Positions 35,001-45,018 of a DNA stretch of 64,000 bases are shown here, piece by piece. The position numbers and the translations under genes are program-made. Position 1 is the stretch's first letter, and each line of letters opens with the position of its first letter. This stretch comes from Macrostomum hystrix (lineage: Eukaryota; Animalia; Platyhelminthes). A model generated the notes under the pieces. The model saw only the letters and a program-made list of their open reading frames with translations. It made no database searches and was not told where the DNA came from. The stretch lies in the NCBI GenBank assembly GCA_950097015.1, contig CATNEN010000031.1, forward strand, positions 2,852,001 to 2,916,000, written 5' to 3'.

Positions 35001-37099
35001 TTCAAAGTCTCTGACGGATGCTCAGCGCCGCTATCCTCAGATTCAGAAGGAAGCCCTTTCAATCATCTTCGGCCTAAAGAAGTTTTTCCAATACTTGTTC
35101 AACCGCAAGTTCATCCTGGTCACGGACCATAAGCCGTTGATTTCTCTATTCGGGCCCGAGAAGGAGACACCAGTGATGGCGGCAAACCGGCTGGCACGGT
35201 GGGCTAACCTGCTCCACAACTTCACCTACGAAGTCGAGTACCGCCAGACCAAGAGTCACGGAAACGCGGATGCCCTGAGTCGCCTGCCAATGGGAGACGA
35301 CCCAGATTTCGACGGGGAGGAGAGCACAGCCGACTTCGACATGGTCTGTGCGATCAAGGTCCTAAGCTTGCAAATCCAGCCGGCTGACGCCTCAGCCGTG
35401 GCCAAAGAATCATCGAGGGACCCGGTGATCTCCACCGTCATGCGCTACTGTCGAGAAGGATGGCCACCAGACAGGCGAGACGAAGACGCCGAGGTGGCCC
35501 GCTTACGGAAGGTCAAAGATTCGCTCTCCTGCTGCAACGGATGTCTTCTGCAGGGCTGTCGTCTTGTGATTCCTCAAAACCTTCGGAAGGAGGTGCTGAA
35601 GATTCTCCACCTCGGACACTTTGGAATGCAGAGGATGAAGCAGCTGGCTCGATCGGCAGTCTACTGGCCGAACATCGACGACGACGTCGAGCACCTGTGC
35701 CGCGGCTGCCATAGCTGCGCTGAGCACCAAAATCATCCGCCAAAGGCCGCCGTTCATCCGTGGATGATGCCTGAGAAGCCTTGGAGTCGCCTACATCTGG
35801 ATCACGCAGTCAACTTCCTCGGCACCAACTGGCTAGTGCTCACGGACGCCTACTCGAAGTACCCGTGCATACCCCCGACGCAATCCATGTCAACGCGGGC
35901 AACGATCGAGCTTCTGGAAGAAGACTTCGCCCACTTCGGCTACCCTCACGCCATCGTCACTGACAATGCAGCGGCATTCATGGCTGAGGAGTTTCAAGCT
36001 TGGTGTCGCGAACACGGCATCGCGCACCTCACAGGAGCTCCGTATCATCCTGCAACAAACGGAGCGGCCGAACGACTGGTTCAGACCTTCAAGAAGGCCC
36101 TGAAGAAATCCAGCCTGCCACCTGCCAGGGCGCTACAGCAGTTCCTGATGCAGTACCGACGGACTCCTGCGATCAACGGCTACTCTCCGAGCGAACTCCT
36201 AAATGGCCGGCAGATCAGGACGCAGATTGATACTCTGCTGCCATCTCCAGCCCATCTCGCCCAGGATCGCCAAGTCAAGCAGGCCGAAGAGTCCAGAGCT
36301 CGGAAAAAGGTGTCTCGCGTCCGAGAAGGCTACAACGTTGGAGATCCGGTCTACGCTCGCTACTACGGACCACACCGCGAGAAGGAAGGCCGCTGGGTTC
36401 CGGCAGTGGTCACCAAGCGGCACGGCAGCCGCAGCGTCAACGTCAAGGTTGTCCCAAGCGGCCCGGTGTGGCGACGGCACTTCGACCAGCTTCAACCGCG
36501 ACACGTGTCCGCGGAAGACAGCGAGCCAGGATCACTGCCGACTCAACAAAACGAAACGGCCGGCCACCTGATGCTGCCGGCCACACCAGCGGTGGCACAT
36601 CCAGGATCTCGACCCAGGCCTCCAGGATGGCGAGCGCCGGACCAAGTCCAACACCCGCCGCCCTACGGACCAGATAATCCACGACGGTCGGCTAGGCAGC
36701 GAAAGCCACGGCTACAAATGGACTTATAGACTTTCTATCAGCTGTACTCACAGTTTTGGTGGGGAGGTGTTGTGGGTTTCGTTACGATAATTCCGTAAAT
36801 AGTTTTCCAGAACTTTCTACCACTTGTTATAACACTCTGTTGTTTCCAGAATCTTCTCTGCGCCTCCCCCGCGGGCTATCTATGAGAACTTTCTAGAAAG
36901 TTCTCCCACTCGCTCCCCAGGCTATAAATAGAAACCCCCGCGCGGTGCACACACTCAAAAACTTTCCAGTATTTAATAATACTGCTGTTACAAATATACG
37001 CTTATCCAGTCGACTGCCGAGTGCTCCTTTCGGCGCTATACTTACATTTACCAACACTACAATTGGAATCTCTGTATTCGTTACTTCAAGAATACAACA
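32036..37099 (+). mobile_element. Full-length Ty3/Gypsy LTR retrotransposon (Mag-like), apparently very young
   Basis: 332-bp LTRs (32036-32367 and 36768-37099) with TG..CA ends, identical by eye. 5-bp TSD GTAAC. PBS-like TGGCGTCGCAAGCAGGA at ~32377. PPT GGTGGGGAGG before the 3' LTR. Confidence 0.97.
32467..36729 (+). CDS. Single Gag-Pol polyprotein (CCHC x2, PR, RT, RNase H, IN), 1420 aa
   Basis: CYRCGAKNHRANDC and CRHCKKVGHLESVC knuckles, EVDTA protease, YLDD RT, CDAS/EAL/TDH RNase H, HHCC zinc finger and D-D-E (LDHA, VTDN, AERLV) integrase, in Gypsy domain order. Confidence 0.96.
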   Translation: MPETMQDEDIISLLRQQMEEERQQRNADRQMMLDLIRSLKPAADQSQAAALPTHVTTSTPGFSPFDATSELWPDYLARFCTFTGANSIPDDKKAQVFLTNQSPSVYKLLSNLAAQQTPRKEINKLTMDEIEKFMEEQYDTKRFIVRERFRFWSDMRRKPGETIQEMAARIRQDATTCDFSSIKDPLDEALRTRFICSVRNEAVLKALFKLKVEELTFARAVEIAIETEEAARVAKETVYGDKSSPVNKVKQKVRRPGATSAKFTTDSTASRSTTDSASGSCYRCGAKNHRANDCRFKDATCRHCKKVGHLESVCRSKAKGSAPAANFKKPVKQVEEHVLVHAVARTEDDLPKLEVSIHIQGKALAIEVDTATNGNFITESFWKKLGTPPLEVAMSRYESASRHDLPVLGTFVGKTTLPGSAPEHDIQYIVTQVPGLNLLGRTATKLLGISVDKLLGAASAIQEVNAVFDHLPPDEALQKACRNLCDEFPDLWKDELGCLKDFKLELQFNPDAKPVFRKARPVPFAIREELERAYDEGIRRGIWEPTDFNDYGTPVVPVRKPSTGSEQPKLRVCGDYSCTINPQLEDNRHPLPLPEELLQKLGGSYCFSKVDLADAYNQIELGPMSQRRLALSTHRGVLLQKRLAFGPKSAVGEFQFIMEMVAGDLPGVVFYLDDYLVGGATADEHLANLRRLFQRLSDKGVRCRREKCKFAMPSIEYLGYVLSKEGIAKGTKVDAVRERPPPKDVSSLRSFLGSVQFYAKFLPPSMATISEPLYRLTRRDTPWTWKDAEQRAFDQIKEELSSDNVLVHYNADLPLGLSCDASNVGIGAVLFHRYPDGSERPIANASKSLTDAQRRYPQIQKEALSIIFGLKKFFQYLFNRKFILVTDHKPLISLFGPEKETPVMAANRLARWANLLHNFTYEVEYRQTKSHGNADALSRLPMGDDPDFDGEESTADFDMVCAIKVLSLQIQPADASAVAKESSRDPVISTVMRYCREGWPPDRRDEDAEVARLRKVKDSLSCCNGCLLQGCRLVIPQNLRKEVLKILHLGHFGMQRMKQLARSAVYWPNIDDDVEHLCRGCHSCAEHQNHPPKAAVHPWMMPEKPWSRLHLDHAVNFLGTNWLVLTDAYSKYPCIPPTQSMSTRATIELLEEDFAHFGYPHAIVTDNAAAFMAEEFQAWCREHGIAHLTGAPYHPATNGAAERLVQTFKKALKKSSLPPARALQQFLMQYRRTPAINGYSPSELLNGRQIRTQIDTLLPSPAHLAQDRQVKQAEESRARKKVSRVREGYNVGDPVYARYYGPHREKEGRWVPAVVTKRHGSRSVNVKVVPSGPVWRRHFDQLQPRHVSAEDSEPGSLPTQQNETAGHLMLPATPAVAHPGSRPRPPGWRAPDQVQHPPPYGPDNPRRSARQRKPRLQMDL

Positions 37100-37606
37100 G
37101 TAACTATATTGGGTAATTTTTTATAGCTAATATAGTGGCTGCTATATCGATGAAATTGAAACACAAAGTATAAAAGTGTATATAATTTGTAATATACATT
37201 TATATGTATGTATTTTACTTTCACGAAGGGACTTCGGTAAAGTAAAAGAGTCATGATTACAATAAGTTTAAAAGAGTTTCATTACTTTATTAAATTTTTA
37301 TATGACTATTTTCAGCTTAATTAATTTTTATAATTACATCAAGCTTGATAATCATACTTAATAAGCTGGGTATTTGATATGTCATTGTGCTGATCATCGT
37401 AAATCACGAGGCTTGGCAAAGAAACATTAAAGTTTTTACGACTACACATTTGCCGTCCATGTTTGTTTCCCCTTGCAAACAAAGAGTAAGTTGTCTGATG
37501 CTAATAAGATCGAGATTCTGTTTTGCTCTAGAACTGAGTTGCAGGCTGACAGTCTATTAGATTCTTTTCTGCACGTTCACATTATTAACGTTGATCTGGT
37601 GTGGAA

Positions 37607-40600
37607 ATGACATCTGCTTTGACTGGAACTAAGAAACGTGTTTGCTACTATTATGATGGTAAGTCGAATTTTTAGACTAGATTATGAGATTACCACTTGT
37701 TTGTAGTACAGTGCTAGTTGTGTCTATTAAAATATATCGTATTTTAATTATCTTTATCGCTCAGAATCTTGCAATCAATACCGATTAGCATTAGCTTTAT
37801 CCATACCATAGACATAGTCAGTAATATCCCTTTGCTTGGAAAATTCCAGCACAGAATGAGTTTGAACAGGCACCAACTCAGAGCTCTAGCAAAAGGTAGA
37901 AAGAGCTAGCTATTCATATTTAGTTATTTCACTTTCAGACTTTCAACTTAAGTGTAAATAGACAAGCCTAACATAGTTAGGATCCTGTCTTATGTGAGAA
38001 AGAATTGAACATTCATTTTGGAGTCCCTTTCCTTTAGGATGGCTTTATTATCTGGCTGCGTTTTTGCAATCCCTTAATCGTAATGTGGTCCAAAAAGTGG
38101 AAACTGATTTCACAAATTGCATTATATATCTCTTTGCTAAGGAAAGAAAGTCCCTTATTTTTGGCTAACAAGTTTTTCTAGTCTAGTTTTCCATGCCAGC
38201 ATGTGAAAGACCCAAAAACGTTTAGGTCTGCCTATGATTTGGGCTGGTGGGTAGGGCTGGCTCTGACTTCATGTAGCTCTAGATGAATGAGGGGGTAGGT
38301 ATAAAATATACATTAGTGTAAGGATGATTTGTGCACGCAAGTTGTGCATATCAAGCCTGTTGTCCCTATCACCCTCTGTCACCCATTGATTCTAAACATA
38401 GGGGCAAGGAAAGGTTTGACACAAATTAAAAAACTAGGCCCCTAAGTGTTTTACTTGCCTGACAGAAAAAAACTACAATTCTTTCTTTAATTAACAGCTA
38501 GTTCTAATCTTGGGCATTGACTATAAAATACAATGGTATCAACATAGGCCTAACCATAGAAATAGCACAAACAGACATAAGGCAATTTTGCATTGACAAA
38601 GAACTTTTTTAGAGATAAATGGAAAGGCACAGTGCTTTATCTGCATAGGAACTGTCACTGTTTTCAAGAATGCTTATATCTGCCTTCATTTGGATTCTGC
38701 ACAAGGCATCAAGGTATATAACAATAGACACTGTTGCTTGCCAGAATGTAGCAATAAAAACCATAGTTTTGTAAAATTCAGCTATAATTATCTGTATATT
38801 TAGATAAAAGTAACAATAACTACTATTATTTAAATAGCCAAGCAACATTTTTTACAAATTGCCATAAGCTGGTGCATGCATTAAGAATACTTTATTGACT
38901 ATAGTACTTATTAAATTAATATTTATACTAAAATGTTTGTTAGCCAAGTTGTATCCATAATAAAGTGGTATCAAAAATAGCAAATATTTAAGCTAGTGAA
39001 CAAAATATTTATGAAAGGTAAAGAAAATTGCGTGATGAAATTTAGTGTAGTGGTATACCAATGGACCCCTTTCAAACTTCGACATTTAATATTTAGTTAC
39101 CTTTAACATAGTAGTATATAGTAATATAACAAATACTACTACAAATACTAAAAGGTACATACAACTACAAATACATTTTTTTCTTCTTGCAATGGGTAAC
39201 TTGGTCTGAGTAGTAAAAAAGCAACTTTAGTGTCCCTCTGGGGGCACAGGCAGAATTTTAGGATTCATACAATCCCCTAATGCAAATTACACTTGTCCTC
39301 TCAATCAGCTAATACTCCCCTCCCTGTTGGCCCCAAACATAATCACCTCTTGGCTGGCAACCTAGGCAGACAAAACCTACTCTCTCCAGCAGCAGAAAAC
39401 TAATGTCCCCCAGGAGCAGAGAACCAATGTCCCCCAGCAGCAAATAAACAATGTCCCTTAATAGCAGAGAACCAATTAAGTGTCCCCCTAGCAGCAGAGA
39501 ACTAATGTCCCCCCAGCAGCAGAGAACTAATGTCCCCTAAGCAGCAAATAACCAATGTCCCCCCAGCAACAAAGAACCAATGTCGCCAAACAGAAGAGAA
39601 CCTCCATAATACCAGGCTACCAAACCCCCCACAAGAAATTGGTAGCCCCCCACACAAAACTTTCTCCCCTTGACAGCAAACCATTGCCCCCATATAGCAG
39701 AGAAATTATGATTTTAGTCAGCCCTGCAAATATCTCCCAGCAGTTAACCAGTAACCCCTTTAGCAGAGAAAAATATCCTATTTTAGCAGAAAAATGTTTT
39801 TCCAATAACATATTTCAGAATTTAATTAAAAAATACAAAGCACTAAAAATCAGTAAGCCAAGGACAGTTGAGAATGATTTACACAAATTACTACGCAAGG
39901 ATGTCGACCAATGTCCCTCAGCAGGTAATGAATGTTCCTCAGCAAGTAATGAATGTCCCTCAGCAAGTAATGAATGTCCCTCAGCAGGTAATGAATGTCC
40001 CTCAGCAAGTAATGAATGTCCCTCAGCAGGTAATGAATGTTCCTCAGCAGGTAATGAATGTCCCTCAGCAGGTAATGAATGTCCCTCAGCAAGTAATGAA
40101 TGTCCCTCAGCAAGTAATGAATGTCTCTAAGCAGGCAACCAATGTCTCCCTTTAGCAAAGAACTAATGACACATTTAGCATGTAACCTGCTAAATGTTGG
40201 CTTTATTGCAAAAACGTGGCTATGTCTGCAGGTGATTGAATGTTAAGTCCCAAGGAATTTCATGGAACTTTAGTTCCCTTTGATTAAAACCTGAGATTCG
40301 AACTCCCGACCATGTAAGAGTTGTATTCAAAAGTCCAAAGCTCTAACTACTCGTACTCGGCCACTGGACTAATCTACACACGGATTAATACCTTTAGAGA
40401 GCTCAAAAGTAATGATATACTTTAATTGCTTATTTAAATGTAAAAATCGGATTAACAAGGTTGAAATCAAACCCATTTGAAACGCCAGGCGACATCGGCA
40501 ACTACTACTACGGGCAGGGCCACCCGATGAAGCCGCACCGCATAAGAATGACACACAACCTGCTGCTGAACTACGGCCTGTACCGCAAGATGGAGATCTA

Positions 40601-42357
40601 CCGGCCGCACAAGGCCACGGCCGAGGAGATGACGCGCTTCCACAGCGACGACTACATCAAGTTCCTGCGCTCCATCCGGCCTGACAACATGCACGAGTTC
40701 AACAAGCAGATGCAGCGCTTCAACGTTGGCGAGGACTGTCCCGTGTTCGACGGCCTGTACGAGTTCTGCCAGCTCAGCACCGGCGGCTCCATCGCCGGGG
40801 CCGTCAAGCTAAACAAGTGTGCCACCGACATCGCCATTAACTGGGGCGGCGGCCTCCATCACGCCAAAAAGTCCGAGGCCTCCGGCTTCTGCTACGTCAA
40901 CGACATTGTGCTGGCCATTCTCGAGCTGCTCAAGTACCATCAGCGGGTGCTGTACGTTGACATCGACATTCACCACGGCGACGGCGTCGAGGAAGCCTTC
41001 TACACCACCGACCGCGTCATGACCGTCTCGTTCCACAAGTACGGCGAGTACTTTCCCGGCACCGGCGACCTCAAGGACATTGGCGCCGGCCGCGGCAAGC
41101 ACTACGCCGTCAACTTCCCGCTCAGGGACGGCATTGATGACGACGCCTTCGAGCAGATCTTCGCTCCCGTCATCACCAAGGTCATGGAGCACTACCGGCC
41201 CTCCGCCATCGTCCTGCAGTGCGGCGCCGACTCTCTGGCTGGCGACCGTCTCGGCTGCTTCAACCTATCGCTGAAGGGCCACGGCCGCTGCGTCCAGTTC
41301 ATGAAGAAGTTTGACACCCCCCTGCTTCTGCTGGGTGGCGGTGGCTACACGATCAGGTGGGTCCGGGCTGTGGGTGGCTTCTGCTGGCTAGAATGCAGCA
41401 TCAGGCAGCTGGGCAGCATCAGGCAGCTGGGCAGCTGGGGATGGAGCATCAGGCAGCTGGGGATGCAGCATCAGGTAGTTGGGGATGCAGCATCAGGCAG
41501 TTGGGGATGCAGCATCAGGCAGCTGGGGATGCAGCATCAGGCAGCTGGGGATGCAGCATCAGGCAGCTGGGGATGCAGCATCAGGCAGCTGGGGATACAG
41601 CCTTATGCAGATGGGGATTCAACGAATCCCGCCTCCGCAGGAACGTGGCCCGCTGCTGGACCTACGAGACGGCCATCGCTCTGGGCCAGGAGATCCCAAA
41701 CGAGCTGCCCTACAATGACTACTTCGAGTACTTCGGACCGGACTTCAAGCTGCACATCCAGCCGTCGAACATGTCCAACCAGAACACCCCGGAGTACCTG
41801 GAGAAGATCAAGACTCGCCTGCTGGAGAACCTGCGAATGCTGCCCAACTCACCTGGAGTTCAGATGCAAGGTGAGCTCTGGCTTCTGTGCTCAAATCCCA
41901 CCTGCTTTAGATCCCACCCACTGCACCATCCTAATCTGTGTCATACAAATACATACAACTCATAAAAATCCCACACAGTCTCATACGAATCCCATAGAGT
42001 CTCACAGATCCCATATCAGAGAATTCTCAAACTCCAACACCCGCAGACATCCCGGAGGACGGCATGGTGGTGGACGCGGACGTGGCGCAGGAGGAGGCGG
42101 AGCAGGACCGCGGCAAGCGGGACGAGCAGCGGGTGAGCATTCGCTCGTCTGACAAGCGCGTCTCCGGCGACAACGAGCTCAGCGACAGCGAGGACGAGGC
42201 CGGCGACGGCCGGCGCGACGTCAGGTCGCACAAGCGGCAGAAGCGGGACAGCCGCGGCGAGTCGGCCGCCAAGCCCGAAGGCGTCGCCAAGAACGGCGAC
42301 GGTGCCGGCAAGGCTGACTCAGCAACCAAGGGGGACAGCGAGGCGAAGACGGATTGA
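37607..42357 (+). CDS. HDAC1: Class I histone deacetylase HDAC1/2 (Rpd3), 4 exons, ~486 aa
   Basis: Exons 37607-37658 ([18 protein letters not shown]), 40489-41356, 41641-41870 and 42047-42357, all GT-AG with consistent phases. Motifs [33 protein letters not shown] and GGGGYT. Confidence 0.96.
39385..40140. repeat. Two minisatellites in HDAC intron 1 (CAGCAGAGAACTAATGTCCCC and the 21-bp AATGTCCCTCAGCAAGTAATG)
   Basis: Direct periodicity at 39385-39600 and 39905-40140. Confidence 0.85.
40290..40366 (-). other. tRNA-like sequence (SINE head or pseudo-tRNA)
   Basis: Minus strand AGTGGCCGAGT..GTTAGAGC..GGGAGTTCGAATCTC shows A/B box-like motifs. No clean cloverleaf established. Confidence 0.4.
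41393..41600. repeat. 22-bp minisatellite (GCAGCATCAGGCAGCTGGGGAT) in HDAC intron 2
   Basis: Direct periodicity between the GT at 41357 and the AG at 41639-41640. Confidence 0.9.
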
Positions 42358-43274
42358 AGGAATCGTCTGTGGACTCTTCTCTCGGCAGCTTTACTAATTT
42401 AATCCCCGTGCACCCATTGAGGAGAAACCGCAGCTGAAGGATCCCAATTCTGATTCAGTTCAAGATCCCAATCGCATAGAGATGTCACCCTGGCTCTTTT
42501 AAAATCAAACTATGCTACTCTTGATCTGTTTAGGCGCATATTCTCCGTAGTAGCCTACTCACTTGGTTTCTTCTAGTAAGTAGTATAATTGGCATATCGC
42601 ATTGTTTTTTATTTTGTTGTTAAATACGACTTTAATGAGTGTTTTTATTAAATATTCAGGGCTAGTTCGGTTAAAAATCTAATTCGTTGTATTTTATGAG
42701 TTTATCGGAAGTCTAATTTATCTTTTCGTCTTGCATAGTGTTGTTTGAAAATCGTTACACACTTGCTAGCTTGTACTTTTATTCTCTCAGTTTCTAAAAA
42801 AATACATTTCTCTACTGCTTTTTTAATGCTTGCAGTCAAAACAAATAAAAATATTGCCGCATCCAACACTTTATTGTCCACGCCGTTGCTACTAATTAGC
42901 TGAAAACCGTTAAAGTTGTTTCTCATTTCTCATTGATGTCTCATACGAGCGTACAAATCCATAAAAATATTATGCAGGTCTTTAGTTAACAGATTTGGTA
43001 AATTTCAAACTTTTGAAACATATTAGGTAAATTCTAGACTTTAAGTACGACAGAAGCAAATAGGAACTCCACTTTGTTATCAAGGTCATTGGAGCATTAC
43101 TGACTTAGCGACAAAACTGGAGGGACAGAGATCGAGAAGCACCCATATCTCTGCTGTAGTCTATGCGTCTACTGATTAAAACAAAAATTCTGTCTTTTTT
43201 GCAAAAAAAATTTACCTGCTCTGCAACTATTTTTCGTCAAGATAGTTGGAAAGGAACGTTAAAAACATTGTTTT

Positions 43275-44200
43275 AGAATTCGGGGTGTTAGTTAACAGAT
43301 TTAGTAAATTCGGGACTTTAGTTAACAGATTTAGTAAATTCGGGACTTTAGTTAACAGATTTGGTAAATTCGGGACTTTAGTTAACAGATTTGGTAAATT
43401 CGGGACTTTAGTTAACAGATTTGGTAAATTCGGGACTTTAGTTAACAGATTTAGTAAATTCGGGACTTTAGTTAACAGATTTGGTCAATTCGGGACTCCG
43501 GAAAACAGATTTTAGGAATATGGACTTTACTTAACAGATTTTGTAAATTCGGGACTTTAGTTAACAGATTTTGTAAATTCGGGACTTTAGTTAACAGATT
43601 TGGTAAATTCGGGACTTTAGTTAACAGATTTGGTAAATTCGGGACTTTAGTTAACAGATTTAGTAAATTCGGGACTTTAGTTAACAGATTTGGTCAATTC
43701 GGGACTCCGGAAAACAGATTTTAGGAATATGGACTTTACTTAACAGATTTTGTAAATTCGGGACTTTAGTTAACAGATTTTGTAAATTCGGGACTTTAGT
43801 TAACAGATTTAGTAAATTCGGGACTTTAGTTAACAGATTTAGTAAATTCGGGACTTTAGTTAACAGATTTGGTAAATTCGGGACTCCGGAAAACAGATTT
43901 TAGGAATTCGGGACTTTGGAAAACAGATTTTAGGAATTCGGGACTCCGGAAACCGATTTAAGGGAGTCGGGACTCCGGAAACAGATTTTAGGGAGTCGGG
44001 ACACCGGAAACAGATTTTAGGGAGTCGGGACTCCGGAAACAGATTTTAGGGAGTCGGGACACCGGAAACAGATTTTAGGGAGTTGGGACTCCGGAAACAG
44101 ATTTTAGGGAGTTGGGACTCCGGAAACAGATTTTAGGGAGTCGGGACTCCGGAAACATATTTAAGCAATTCGGGACTCTGTAAAATAGGTTTCAGGAATT
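43275..44200. repeat. ~30-bp minisatellite (TTAGTTAACAGATTTGGTAAATTCGGGACT) grading into CCGGAAACAGATTTTAGGGAGTCGGGACT
   Basis: Direct periodicity. Confidence 0.93.
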
Positions 44201-45018
44201 CAGGACTCTGGAAACAGATTTCAGGAATATGTAAAGGTATGCACACTGTAAAGTTCTTTCTAAGAAATAAAATAATTTTACGCATAAATAGAACTTTTAT
44301 ATTAGTTTTTTCATTGCTGCTAGAAAATATAAAGAAGGAAAATCGTATAATTGATATAATCAATTAAAAAAAAGGCTCCTAAAAAAGTTAAAAAGTGCAA
44401 AGCATCCTAGCTAAAAAATCGGATCCAATTGCTCGCTCCATCGGCCCGTGCAGATGCAGAGGCTTCAGTTGAAGTTGTATTTTGCGTCCCCACTTCGCAG
44501 TCGCATATATTAATTATAGTATCAACGTGAAACACTAGCAGCGCCCTGGGACAAGCGGGGTTTCCTTTGCTAGCTTGCAGGGGCTGTAAAAACCGGTTTT
44601 AGCCGGTTCACTCCACCGCCTGGGCCTTGCCTTTCGCCTCCGCCACCCCGCTGGTATGGGTAGGAAGGGTGGGGGACGAAAGACGGGAATGTACACCCCA
44701 ATGTACAGTGTGAGCCTCCTTGCCTTTACAAATTAGGGGGTAGTTTGGGAGACTCATTTTCGGCGTCTCCCCAAAAGAGGGATTGCCGGAGCAGTGAACA
44801 GGGGAGAATGCTCCGTTAATTCTCTTAGTTATTCAACAAGCCCTATTAAGTAGCCGCAATTGTATAGTAGCATTAAGAAGTTTAATTACATAGTGAACAG
44901 TGGCCAGATTGAACTGTGGCACACTATCTCGATGTGAAGTTGAAGAAATAAATTAAAGAGATTGACCTCGAGCTGGCCGCATTCAGTGTGCTTAATAATT
45001 ATTGCAAAATACTGATCG

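Noticed and set aside
40461-42152. 563-aa single ORF for HDAC
   Set aside because: Runs through introns. The spliced 4-exon model restores the canonical HDAC1 sequence.
44575-44830. GC-rich block resembling a retroposon 3' UTR
   Set aside because: No second copy, TSD or tail identified, so left unannotated.
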